From Gammaproteobacteria bacterium (lineage in GTDB: Bacteria; Pseudomonadota; Gammaproteobacteria; CBDBNL01; JAAOII01): 64,000 bases of DNA. Location: the NCBI GenBank assembly GCA_965207945.1, contig OZ242303.1:61199-125198 (forward strand), written 5' to 3'. The notes beneath the pieces are model-generated. The model was not told the DNA's origin, did not search any database, and worked only from the letters and a program-made list of their open reading frames with translations. Below are positions 1 to 10,200 of this stretch, in pieces; positions within the stretch are counted from its first letter, which is position 1, and every line of letters begins with the position of its first letter. A program made the position numbers and the translations under genes.

Positions 1-1
1 T

Positions 2-769
2 CCTGCAGCCAGCAGCAGAAATCCACAACTAGCCGGCAAGCCCTACAAAGCATGCGGCATATCAATAGTTATCCATCCACTTAATCCTTCTGTACCAACA
101 AGTCATGCCAACTTAAGAATATTCTCGTTAGATGATGCGGAGCATAATGCCAGCCCCTCTACCGAGAAGGTGACTAACGGCTGGTGGTTTGGCGGTGGTT
201 TTGATTTAACTCCATATTACATAGAAGAAGAGGATTGCATCTTCTGGCATCAAGCGGCAAAAGACGTCTGCGATAAATTTGATAAGAATCTATATGGCGA
301 GCTAAAAAAGAACTGCGATGATTATTTCTACTTGCCGCATCGCAACGAAACCCGTGGCATAGGAGGATTATTCTTTGATGATTTTAACCGCTGGGATGCG
401 CAACGTTGCTTAGAGTTTGTTAAAGAAGTAGGGCAGTGTTATGTTAATACTTATATAGCATTAACACAAAGACGTCTGCGTGTTAATTTAGGCAAAGATT
501 CAGGAGAGAATTTTGGCAAGAAGGAAAGAGAGTTTCAGCTATATAGGCGTGGCCGTTATGTTGAATTTAACCTGCTATATGACAGAGGGACCTTGTTTGG
601 CTTGCAGTCAGGAGGACGTAGCGAATCTATATTGATGTCCTTGCCGCCTTTGGTCAGCTGGAAATATAAGCGTGATTCCTCTGAAGATAGCGCTGCCAAA
701 GATAATGCCGCCAAAGATAGTGATGAAGCCGTCTTGCAGAAATTTCTCCAAAAAAGAGATTGGTTATAG
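2..769 (+). CDS. hemF: Oxygen-dependent coproporphyrinogen III oxidase, 5'-partial. The frame is open from position 2, so the real start lies upstream of the window.
   Basis: The translation from position 2 (…[23 protein letters not shown]…[13 protein letters not shown]…[15 protein letters not shown]) matches the conserved C-terminal half of HemF. There is no stop between 2 and 170, and the GTG the ORF track reports at 170 is internal. Confidence 0.9.
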   Translation, partial: PAASSRNPQLAGKPYKACGISIVIHPLNPSVPTSHANLRIFSLDDAEHNASPSTEKVTNGWWFGGGFDLTPYYIEEEDCIFWHQAAKDVCDKFDKNLYGELKKNCDDYFYLPHRNETRGIGGLFFDDFNRWDAQRCLEFVKEVGQCYVNTYIALTQRRLRVNLGKDSGENFGKKEREFQLYRRGRYVEFNLLYDRGTLFGLQSGGRSESILMSLPPLVSWKYKRDSSEDSAAKDNAAKDSDEAVLQKFLQKRDWL

Positions 770-779
770 CAGCGCAGTA

Positions 780-1361
780 TTATTTGGATTCTTTTCTGAG
801 GAATTCACCGCTGCTAAGGTCGCGAATATCTGATACAGCAGCAGCATTGCCTATATCTCCTGGGACAATATAATCCACCTGCTCACCAAAATATTCTTTA
901 ACTGAAGCACTATCTAAAGCGGGGGGATGCCCAGATATGTTGGCAGAGGTAGATACTAATGGCTTGCCAAATTCTTTAGCAAGCAAGGATACTACTGGAT
1001 GATGTGATATGCGAATAGCAACTTTGTTACTCCCCCCCCGGATATTACTCCCACCCTTGACTACGGCGGGAATATTGCCTGCTTTATCTTCAACCAACCA
1101 AGTGCAGGGATGAACTGTTGCCGCGCTTATCTTGTTAATATCCTCTTGGTTGATGTTTGGTAAATATGTGGCAAACTCTCTCCAATTGCCGGCTACTAAT
1201 ATAAATCCCTTGATAACCCCCCTGTTGCTTGGACGTTCTTTTATTTTCTGTAATTTACTAACTGCAGATAAACTCTCAAAATCACAGCCCAAACCCCAAA
1301 CTGCTTCAGTAGGATATGCAATAATCCCTCCCCTATTTAGGACAGCTACTGCCTCATCCAA
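780..1361 (-). CDS. tsaC: L-threonylcarbamoyladenylate synthase (single-domain YrdC/TsaC family).
   Basis: 193 aa consisting only of a YrdC domain; the N-terminal motif is RGGIIAYPTEAVWGLGCD. Confidence 0.8.
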   Translation of the reverse strand: MDEAVAVLNRGGIIAYPTEAVWGLGCDFESLSAVSKLQKIKERPSNRGVIKGFILVAGNWREFATYLPNINQEDINKISAATVHPCTWLVEDKAGNIPAVVKGGSNIRGGSNKVAIRISHHPVVSLLAKEFGKPLVSTSANISGHPPALDSASVKEYFGEQVDYIVPGDIGNAAAVSDIRDLSSGEFLRKESK

Positions 1362-1368
1362 TTGAGTT

Positions 1369-2151
1369 TTATTTGGCAGGATAGAACTGTTGTTTTAAGA
1401 TTAGGATGTAGGCATACAGCATGCCCCAATATTCATGCAGAGCCGTGTTGCTGTCTTTTAAACTATCTACCCGCGGAATAAGATCGTATGGAATATTAGC
1501 TTCTCCTACCCAACCTACATATCCAACCCCACTATATAGAGGAATCATCCCATAATGCTCTGCCCATACCTTGACGCGAGGAATATGAGTTGCCGTGCTT
1601 ACTATAAGAATATTGCTGCCAGCATTCACTATTTGCGAGATGCCGCGCAGTTCACTTTGTGTATCAAAAGCATTTGGGTTAATAATAATTTGCCATTCTT
1701 CAAGCCCTTGTTCAATAGCCGCTGCTTTTTGAGTATCAGCATGACTTATATCGCCATGTTTGAAGCCCCCGCTTACTATGAGATAAGCGTTTTTTTGTTG
1801 CTTCATTATAGCTACTCCTTCCAATACGCGCCGCAATGAAGCATCGTTAAGCGCATCTGTGCGAGAATTTTTATTCTTACTAGAATTAGAACCACCCATC
1901 ACTATCACATAATCAAAGTTTTGTGTTGTGTTAGATGCTTGTAACTGATTATAATGAGGGACATTTTTTTCTAAGCTATATGCCAAGAATCCAGCTACTG
2001 GTGGTAAGGCAAAAAACCATAATTGCATCAAGGACACAACAATTAGCCATATAGCAGCTCTGCGTCTAAAAATTAGAACGAGCAGCCCCAACAAAACTCC
2101 AACAAAAGCTAAAGTGGTGGGTTGCAGCAGTAAAGATAGTAGGGCTTTCAT
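1369..2151 (-). CDS. DUF218 (ElyC/SanA/YdcF-like) envelope-associated protein.
   Basis: 260 aa with N-terminal transmembrane helices followed by a DUF218-like core (VIVMGGSN…LIVSTATHIPR). Size and architecture resemble E. coli ElyC. Confidence 0.65.
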   Translation of the reverse strand: MKALLSLLLQPTTLAFVGVLLGLLVLIFRRRAAIWLIVVSLMQLWFFALPPVAGFLAYSLEKNVPHYNQLQASNTTQNFDYVIVMGGSNSSKNKNSRTDALNDASLRRVLEGVAIMKQQKNAYLIVSGGFKHGDISHADTQKAAAIEQGLEEWQIIINPNAFDTQSELRGISQIVNAGSNILIVSTATHIPRVKVWAEHYGMIPLYSGVGYVGWVGEANIPYDLIPRVDSLKDSNTALHEYWGMLYAYILILKQQFYPAK

Positions 2152-2253
2152 GGTTTTATGATCATGGTTCTATAATTCTATAATATAAGTTTTCAAAGTA
2201 CCTATATTATAAATGAATGATTATAAATGAATGATTGTAAATGAACGGCATGG

Positions 2254-2736
2254 CTATTTAATAATATTCACGCTTGTTCCTGGATCTAACATATCAAACA
2301 ATGCTATTACATCCTCATTGGAAACCCTTATGCAACCGCGTGAATTGGGAACGGATAAATCCACTGGCTCTGGCGAACCGTGTATGTAAATATACCTTTT
2401 CATAGTATCAACCTCGCCAAAACGGTTATAGCCCACCTGACATCCGCTTAACCATAAAATCCGCGTTAGAATCCAATCACGTTCTGGGGATTTATTGTAA
2501 AGTTCTGCATCACATATCTCGCCAGTCCATCTACGCCCTACCAAGACCGCTCCAGCAGGCAGATTGGCGCCTATTTTAGCGCGAATAACATGCTCGCCAA
2601 GAGGAGTGCAAAAAGAATTCATCTTATTGCCAGCGCCATTAGCTGCGGTTGATGCTTGGCAATGATAGATTAATTTGCCAGCCGATAATACAGATAAATC
2701 CTGGAGCGCAATGTTTATGCTGACTTGTTTAGACAT
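2254..2736 (-). CDS. L,D-transpeptidase catalytic-domain (YkuD/ErfK) protein.
   Basis: The C-terminal motif YIYIHGSPEP…SRGCIRVSNEDV is the characteristic His/Cys L,D-transpeptidase signature. Confidence 0.7.
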   Translation of the reverse strand: MSKQVSINIALQDLSVLSAGKLIYHCQASTAANGAGNKMNSFCTPLGEHVIRAKIGANLPAGAVLVGRRWTGEICDAELYNKSPERDWILTRILWLSGCQVGYNRFGEVDTMKRYIYIHGSPEPVDLSVPNSRGCIRVSNEDVIALFDMLDPGTSVNIIK

Positions 2737-2797
2737 TTAAATAGCGTTCAAGCAAATAAATAAGTTTGTCGCTCAAACAGTAGATTATTCCAGGGGA

Positions 2798-4270
2798 TTA
2801 TTCGCGCTGATAATTTGGTGCTTCGCCAGTTATCCGCACATCATGAACGTGACTTTCCTGCATTCCTGCGGCGGTGACGCGGACAAACTTAGCATTCTTT
2901 TGCAATTCTTCAATATTTTTAGCACCCAAATATCCCATGCCCGAACACAAACCGCCAGTCAGCTGCCCCACCACTATATTAACTGCTCCACGACTTGGGA
3001 CTATGCCTTCAACCCCTTCGGGCACTAATTTGTCTGGTTCATAATCATCTTGGAAATAGCGGTCTTTGGAGCCATCTCTAAATGCCCCTAATGAGCCCAT
3101 GCCGCGATATGTTTTATAGGATCTGCCCTGACGCAGAACCACCTCGCCTGGAGCTTCGTCTGTGCCAGCCAGCAAGCTGCCTATCATAACTGTGTCGGCT
3201 CCTGCCGCGAGTGCTTTGGTTATATCGCCAGAATAACGAATTCCTCCATCAGCTATTACGGTTACATGCGGATATTTAGATTTTAGTGCTTTGGTAGCAT
3301 CCGCTATGGCGGTTAGCTGGGGAACTCCTACTCCACTAATCATTCGCGTAGTACATATTGTCCCTGGTCCTATGCCAACTTTAACTGCATCTGCGCCGGC
3401 TTTTGCCAAAGCTAATGCGGCGGCACCAGTCGCTATATTGCCAGCAATTATGGGGATATTCAAAAATCGTTGGCGGCATTCTTGCACAGCATTGATAACT
3501 TTTTGTGAGTGGCCATGAGCTGTATCCAGCACTATGACATCAGTGCCAGCGGCGATTAGGGCTTCTGTTCTCTCAATGTTATGAGCATCTGTCCCAATTG
3601 ATGCTGCAACTCGCAACCGTCCATGCTCATCTTTGTTAGACAGCGGGTATCTTTTATCATACTCTACATCTTTTAGTGTCATCATGCCGCATAGAGTGTT
3701 GCCTTGTTTAACCAATAGAATTTTTTCAATCCGATTGTCATACATAAGCTTGCGCGCTTTAGCAGGAGATACATTCTCTGAGGCAGTTATTAGCTTGCTA
3801 AAAGGAGTCATTAGGTCTGCCACCTTTTTTGCTGGGTCCTTTTCAAGACGAAAATCGCGTGAAGTTACTATGCCAGCCAATTTGTGGGAATCCTTATCCA
3901 ACACTGGCACCCCAGATATTCCGTGACGTTCAGTGATATTGCGCAGCTCCTCTATGGAGGCATCACTGTGAATTGTTATGGGAGTCCGCACTATAACGCT
4001 TTCGTGTTTCTTTACTGTTATCACTTCCTGCGTTTGCTTTTCAATGCTGGTATTTCTGTGTATTACCCCTATGCCTCCCATTCTCGCCATAGCTACTGCC
4101 ATAGCCGATTCTGTTACAGTGTCCATAGCTGCAGAGAGAAAAGGTATGCTCAGTGATATGTTTTTAGTTAGTCGTGTTTGGGTTTCTACCTCGTTAGGAA
4201 GAACCGCTGAATAATTCGGTATGAGGAGGAGGTCATCAAATGTGTAGGCATCGCCTTCAATCTTTACCAT
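2798..4270 (-). CDS. guaB: Inosine-5'-monophosphate dehydrogenase.
   Basis: 490 aa. The N-terminal [15 protein letters not shown] motif, tandem CBS region and catalytic IGPGSICTT loop-like segment ([11 protein letters not shown]) are present. Confidence 0.95.
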   Translation of the reverse strand: MVKIEGDAYTFDDLLLIPNYSAVLPNEVETQTRLTKNISLSIPFLSAAMDTVTESAMAVAMARMGGIGVIHRNTSIEKQTQEVITVKKHESVIVRTPITIHSDASIEELRNITERHGISGVPVLDKDSHKLAGIVTSRDFRLEKDPAKKVADLMTPFSKLITASENVSPAKARKLMYDNRIEKILLVKQGNTLCGMMTLKDVEYDKRYPLSNKDEHGRLRVAASIGTDAHNIERTEALIAAGTDVIVLDTAHGHSQKVINAVQECRQRFLNIPIIAGNIATGAAALALAKAGADAVKVGIGPGTICTTRMISGVGVPQLTAIADATKALKSKYPHVTVIADGGIRYSGDITKALAAGADTVMIGSLLAGTDEAPGEVVLRQGRSYKTYRGMGSLGAFRDGSKDRYFQDDYEPDKLVPEGVEGIVPSRGAVNIVVGQLTGGLCSGMGYLGAKNIEELQKNAKFVRVTAAGMQESHVHDVRITGEAPNYQRE

Positions 4271-4407
4271 ATATGTATTATAGGGAAAACTTTATAAATG
4301 TGAGGCAATGTTAAGCATAGTTAGACATTATTTGCGGAAATTTTGGATTATTATTGCTCTAATCACTTGTAATTGAAGCATAAAGATCTATAAATAACTG
4401 TGTAATG

Positions 4408-4416
4408 TGGTATAAT
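4408..4416 (+). promoter_or_regulatory. Candidate extended -10 element (TGgTATAAT) for rpoD in the divergent guaB/rpoD intergenic region.
   Basis: The sequence tgtggTATAAT sits 38 nt upstream of the annotated ATG at 4454. I see no good -35 hexamer. Confidence 0.3.
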
Positions 4417-4453
4417 TATACCCCAATCGGCACCCTTTACATTAAATACATAA

Positions 4454-7117
4454 ATGATTGATAAACAGACAAGCGGAAAAGCAGCAGAGCCGCCTAAAAA
4501 AGATGCGGGCAAATCCTCTGGAAACTCCGCTACAAAACCCGCAATAAAGATTGCAAAGGTTGCGCGTAAAAGTGCAACAGCAAAAACATTGAAGGCATCA
4601 GAAGTGCTAAAGTCGTCGTCAAAGGCAGTAAAGCCATCAGGGGCGTCAAAGCCGTTAAGCAAGCAAGCCAAGCCAGTTGCGGTTAAAAAAGCAAAACCAG
4701 CTGCTTCCGCTTCTTCCAAGCCAGCGAAGGGAACAGCGAAGGGAACTAAGTCAGCTAAGCCCAAGTCAGCAGCACCTAAAGCAGTTGTTTCTAAGAAGAG
4801 TGCATCAAGTCCATCCAAGACGAGCAAACCTTCAACTACAGCTAATAAGAAGGCAAAACCCGTCACCAAGGCAGCTGCTAAACCATCAGCCAAGCCATCC
4901 GCTAAATCATCAACCAAATTAAAGTCAGGGTCAAAGCTGACATCACGCAATAAATCTAATACTAAACATAAAGAGGGGACAAAAATGTTATCTACAGCTA
5001 CAACAACCGCAAACAAAGCGGAAGAGACGAGAGTAATAAAAACGGCAGACGCTTTAAATAAAACGGGAAATAAAACGGGAAAGAAAGCCAGTAAAAGCGT
5101 ATCAGCTAAACCAGCAACTAAAGGAAAAACAAAAGCTAAAATTACTGCATCAAACCAGAAAGCAGCTACCAGTAAAAAGACATCGCAAGATTCATCAACA
5201 ACTAAAGGCAAGGGGTTTGATGATTATAAAATTAGCGCCAGGTTGGAAGAGCTAATAGCCAAAGGAAAAGAAGCAGGCAAGATTGGCAACGATGATATAG
5301 ACCAATGCATTGCAGATATAGTGGAAGACCATGAAGATATCAATGTAACCGAACTCACTTCCCATATAGCCGAAGGGCTGCGCTCTAATGATGTTGACGT
5401 TAAAGACGAAAGTGAAAGCGATTTGGATTATAACGTTAGCGGCTTGTATGACGATGATGATTCAAGCTCGGACGTAAAAGTAGATGCAGATAGTTTAGGG
5501 GATGCTCCTTCAAGCGGAAATTTCTTGGCAGGGAGTATAGATGATATGGACCACCTAAGCCCCGAGGAATTAACTGGACCAGGCAGAGGGGCAATAAGCG
5601 CTCCAATAAAAATGTATATGCGCCAGATGGGTTCTCATGCTCTGCTGGATCGTGAAGAAGAATTAACCTTAGCCAAAAGGATAGAACACAATATGCGTAG
5701 TGTGATGGGGCAGCTGGCTTATTTTCACTACGAAGTTCAGAAAGTAGTTGATAGCCATAATGCAGCTCATAAAGCCAAAGGTAAATTTAATGAGGTGTGC
5801 ATGGCGCTTTATCGTGAAGATGAAGTAGATATGACAGCTCAGATAGCTGAAGTAAAGAAGAACATGCCCAAGAGTGTTTCGGTGCAGAAGCGCCGCAGCA
5901 ATATCAGCCAACGCATGAAGAAGCTGCGCAGCGATATGAACGATATAATGACTCGCTTGGAAAGACAACTCAAGGCAGCCAAACTATCTTATCAAAATGG
6001 CGATGCTCTGGGTAAGGTAGCTCGGAAAAAACAAGAGCACCTGAGCCGCACTCTTTCTTTGATGAAACTGCAGCCCCATTACTATGAGGAGCTAATTTTA
6101 AATGCAGAAAACCTATTGCGTTCTATTTATAAGGCGGAAGAGGTTATAGAAAACATAGCAGTTGGCAAGGCGGGCTACGACAAAGAACTTATTCACGAAA
6201 AGGTAATATCCACTCCTCGCTATTTTACCTCTCTGGCAAAACGCACTGGACCTAAGGCGAAGATAATTGAAAAACATCTGAAAGAACTTGAAGATGCAGC
6301 CAGTGATTTGCTTATGGTAGTCATGGTATGTAATATGCCGTTAGATATGATTAAGAAATTGACTAAGAATATTCTCACCGCGAATCGCCAAGCAGATAAG
6401 GATAAAAAGAAAATGGTAGAGGCAAATTTAAGGTTGGTTATCTCAATTGCTAAAAGATATACTAATCGCGGACAACAATTGCTGGACTTAATCCAAGAAG
6501 GCAATATTGGATTGATGAAGGCAGTGGATAAGTTTGAATATAAAAGAGGATTCAAGTTCTCTACTTATGCTACTTGGTGGATAAGACAAGCAGTTACCCG
6601 CTCTATCGCCGACCAAGCGCGCACTATACGGGTGCCCGTCCACATGATAGAGACAATGAATAAACTCAGCCGTCTGCAAAGAACCGCCATGCAGAAATAT
6701 CAGAGAGAAGCAACTCCGCAAGAACTCGCAGTGGAGATGGAATTGCCAGAAGATAAAATCCACCGCATGCTGAAAATTGCTAAAGAGACAATTTCTACCG
6801 AGACCCCAGTGGGAGATGAGGAGGACGCAAGTTTGAAGGATTTTATTGAAGACACCCAAACCCTATCTCCTTATGAAACAACTCTAAAGACAAACCTAAA
6901 GACCGAGATGCATAAAGCAATTAGCTCTTTACCCGAGAAAGAGGCAAAGGTGTTGAGTATGAGATTTGGCTTGGAAACCAATAGCGACTATACATTGGAT
7001 GAGATTAGCCGCCAACTTTCGGTAACCCGTGAAAGAATTAGACAGATAGAATCCCGTGCCCTGCGCCGCCTGAATAATTTAGCTAATGTTGAAACAATAA
7101 AAGAATTTAGGGAATAA
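4454..7117 (+). CDS. rpoD: RNA polymerase sigma-70 (RpoD) with a ~250-aa Lys/Ala-rich histone-H1-like N-terminal extension. An alternative internal start at 4985 is possible.
   Basis: Regions 1.2 through 4 are conserved ([10 protein letters not shown], the [19 protein letters not shown] 2.4/-10 recognition segment, and the region 4 helix-turn-helix). The N-terminal 250 aa are KPAAK/KSAKP repeats, and the ORF stays open through them. Confidence 0.9.
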   Translation: MIDKQTSGKAAEPPKKDAGKSSGNSATKPAIKIAKVARKSATAKTLKASEVLKSSSKAVKPSGASKPLSKQAKPVAVKKAKPAASASSKPAKGTAKGTKSAKPKSAAPKAVVSKKSASSPSKTSKPSTTANKKAKPVTKAAAKPSAKPSAKSSTKLKSGSKLTSRNKSNTKHKEGTKMLSTATTTANKAEETRVIKTADALNKTGNKTGKKASKSVSAKPATKGKTKAKITASNQKAATSKKTSQDSSTTKGKGFDDYKISARLEELIAKGKEAGKIGNDDIDQCIADIVEDHEDINVTELTSHIAEGLRSNDVDVKDESESDLDYNVSGLYDDDDSSSDVKVDADSLGDAPSSGNFLAGSIDDMDHLSPEELTGPGRGAISAPIKMYMRQMGSHALLDREEELTLAKRIEHNMRSVMGQLAYFHYEVQKVVDSHNAAHKAKGKFNEVCMALYREDEVDMTAQIAEVKKNMPKSVSVQKRRSNISQRMKKLRSDMNDIMTRLERQLKAAKLSYQNGDALGKVARKKQEHLSRTLSLMKLQPHYYEELILNAENLLRSIYKAEEVIENIAVGKAGYDKELIHEKVISTPRYFTSLAKRTGPKAKIIEKHLKELEDAASDLLMVVMVCNMPLDMIKKLTKNILTANRQADKDKKKMVEANLRLVISIAKRYTNRGQQLLDLIQEGNIGLMKAVDKFEYKRGFKFSTYATWWIRQAVTRSIADQARTIRVPVHMIETMNKLSRLQRTAMQKYQREATPQELAVEMELPEDKIHRMLKIAKETISTETPVGDEEDASLKDFIEDTQTLSPYETTLKTNLKTEMHKAISSLPEKEAKVLSMRFGLETNSDYTLDEISRQLSVTRERIRQIESRALRRLNNLANVETIKEFRE

Positions 7118-7168
7118 GTTATTGCAAAACTTGCCTAAATCCCATAAAATAGAATAATCAATTTACGC

Positions 7169-7242
7169 GGGCCTGTAGCTCAGTCGGTTAGAGCAGTGGA
7201 CTCATAATCCATTGGTCGTAGGTTCGAGTCCTACCGGGCCCA
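7169..7242 (+). tRNA. tRNA with a CAU anticodon. By synteny after rpoD this is probably tRNA-Ile2 (ileX-like, lysidine-modified); elongator tRNA-Met is the alternative.
   Basis: A 74-nt cloverleaf can be drawn: acceptor GGGCCTG/CGGGCCC, D-stem GCTC/GAGC, anticodon loop CTCATAA, T-arm GTAGG-TTCGAGT-CCTAC. CCA is not encoded. Confidence 0.85.
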
Positions 7243-7259
7243 CTATTTATAAATACTTA

Positions 7260-10200
7260 TCAATCCACCCACAACCTGGCATTGTAAAACATTGCTTGCC
7301 AAGGGGTTATATAAGAGGTTGCCACCTCCGCTTTTCTTTGTATGGCTGTGGCGGATTTATCATGCCAGCACTGATTCACTCTTCTTAACGTCCTTTCTGG
7401 ATGCGGCATTAATAGCGTAACCCTGCCATCTTTGGATGTCATACCGGCAATGCCATGCTCAGAACCATTGGGATTGAGCGGATAAGCGGGATTATCATTT
7501 CCCTGTCCGTCTGTATAAACCATTGCTGCTCGTTTCTTGTTAAGCGCCTGTTCGCCGTCCTTGCTCCTGCTAAAAGTTGCCATGCCTTCACCATGTGCCG
7601 AAGCAATTGGTATAACGCTACCTTCCATGCCTGTAAAAAATATACTTGGTGATTTGCATATTTTCACCATAACCGTACGTGCTTCAAACCTACGTGATTC
7701 GTTACGCTGGAAGCGGCAATTCCAATCCGCCCCTTCAATAATCTCCTGTAGGCGAGACAGCACCTGACAACCATTGCATATCCCCAGCGTAAAGGTATCC
7801 TTGCGTTGAAAGAATTGCTGAAACTCTTCTTTAAGTTTGGGATTATATAGAATGCTTGCCGCCCAACCAACTCCAGCGCCCAAAGCATCGCCGTAAGTAA
7901 AGCCGCCACAGAAAACTGCCCCTTTATAATCCTTCAATTTATCGGAGCCATCTTTTTTGAGGTCATTTATATGCACATCCACCGCCTCAAAACCCGCATT
8001 ATGAAAGGCAAGAGCGGTTTCTATATTACTATTCACTCCCTGTGTGCGCAAAATTGCAACCTTAGGACGGCTTTTGTTTAGCAGCTTTATGCTGTTATAG
8101 CTATTATATTTCCCCGCCATATCAAACTTAATATTCTCTTGAATTCCTTTATAGTTAAAATCTTCTATTAGGAGCGCTTCCTGTTTAACACACTGTGGAT
8201 TATCATCCCTGAGTTCACGTATATTATCTGAAACCTTGTTCCACAACGAACGCATTGCACTCATCTTTTTATCTATCAGAGTCCGTCCAGCACAGCTAAT
8301 TTCTATCCTATCTTTATCAATGGGGACGCCAAGCTTATGCACAACTAAATTATGTTGCTTTCCACGCTCTAATACCTTACTCTCATTCTCGGGCGCCACT
8401 TGGATAACAGCACCTGCCTCTTCACCAAATAGGGCGGTATACTCATTCTGCTGTTGTTTCATCATCCCAGTTAAATCAATGGATAGCCCGCAATTGGAAG
8501 CAAAAGCCATTTCACTTAACGTTGTCCATAACCCGCCATCCGACACATCATGATAGGCAAGCAATAACTTATCGTGCACTGCATCGCTAACAAAAGAAAA
8601 GAAGTTGGCAATATCCTTGGGCGACTCTATGTCCGCAGTTTCCCCCTCCCATTGTTGCATCACTTGTGCCAGCGCCGAACCCCCAAGACGATTACTGCCA
8701 TGCCGTGTGCTAACCAGCCACAAGGAGGGCAGCATATTTTTATAAGTGTCGGTATGTAATAGTGAGTTGTCAGCACCAGTGTTTTTATAAGTGTCGGTTT
8801 GCAATAGCGAGTTGTCAGCACCAGTGTTTTTATAAGTGTCGGTATGCAATAGTGAGTTATCGCCATCAATGTTTTTATAAGTGTCGGTTTGTAATAGTGG
8901 GTCAACCCCCAACCTGACATCTATTAGTGGCGCCAGCCCGCTCATTATCAAAGATAGAGGCGATATAACATTTTGCTTATCCCAGGAGGCAGACATAAAT
9001 AAAGAATCCTTGCCAACCGGTATAGCAAGCCCCAACTCCTGACACATTTCTTCAGTTAAAGTCCTAACCCCCTCATAGAGATTTGCCATCTGACCATCCT
9101 CATTGCTGGCAGCCATCCAGTTAGCACATAGTTTTATATCCTGTAGTTTCTTTATGCCGCTGGCAGCCAAATTAGTTACTACCTCTGCCAATGCCATACG
9201 CACCGCCGCTTTGGGATTGAGGATTGCCAAAGGAGTACGCTCACCAATTGCCGCCGCCTCACCACCAAACCCGCTAAAATCTGCCAAAGTGGCGGCATAA
9301 TCATTGATTGGCACTTGCCAGGGACCAACCATCTGCTCTCGCGCCGTCAGACCGCCAACAAACCTATCACCAATAGTAATTAGAAAGCCCTTGCTTGCCA
9401 CCGCTGGCAACTGCAGCACCTTCTCTGCATACTCACTAATCTCGCTAATGTTTGGTACCACAAAATCCTTAGTTTCAACTGGTACATAAGAGACGATAAT
9501 CTCCTTAGGTGTTTTAGGGAATAGAATTTCAAGGGGCAAGTTGATGGCATCGGTATCCCGACTATCTTCTTTATTCTCACGATTATCCTTATTATCCTGC
9601 TGCATCAGACGCAGTTCACCACTCTTGTTAGTTTTACCTATTACCTTGTAAGGAGCATTCTCACGCTGGCAGATTTTATCAAACTCATCCAAACGCTCTG
9701 GATCCACCGCCAGCAAAAATCTCTCTTGGCTTTCATTACTCCATACTTCTGCTGGAGACATAGAAGGATCCGCAACAGGAATATCACGCAGCTCAACCTC
9801 ACCACCACATTTGCCATCCTTCAACAGTTCCGCTACTGCGTTGCCGAGCCCTCCAGCTCCCAAGTCGTGTATAAAAATAATTGGGTTTTTCTTCCCCTGG
9901 CGCGAGCAGGCCTCAATCGCCTCTGCACATCTTTTTTCCGTCTCCGCATTATCACGTTGCACCGAAGCAAAATCTAACTCTACATTCTTCTTGCCGCCGC
10001 TACTTTTAAGGGAAGATACTGAACCACCACCAATCCCAATTCGTAATGCAGGTTCTCCCATAAGCACTAAATGCGCTCCCTCATCAATTTCCTCTGGCTT
10101 GATAGCTTGGTCGTTGCTAATCTCGCCCCAACCACCAGCAAGCATAATTGGTTTATGATAACCGTATTTGATACCATCTCTTTCACAACTTAGAGTGCGA

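Noticed and set aside
1132-1365. 77-aa plus-strand ORF inside tsaC.
   Set aside because: It is antisense to a well-supported conserved gene and has no ribosome-binding site.
4363-5211. 282-aa ORF on the minus strand across the start of rpoD.
   Set aside because: It is antisense to the Lys/Ala-rich rpoD repeats. The Ala/Leu/Phe-rich translation is the expected mirror of GC-skewed repetitive coding DNA, and it overlaps a far better-supported gene.
8737-8905. Possible CRISPR-like array (regular ~45-bp repeats).
   Set aside because: The units are contiguous with no spacers, in-frame and translated as part of PurL. There is no leader and no cas gene.
8660-8920. 86-aa minus-strand ORF (…KPTLIKTLVLTT…x4) inside purL.
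   Set aside because: It is an alternative frame of the 45-bp tandem repeat within purL, on the same strand. It is a repeat artefact, not an overlapping gene.
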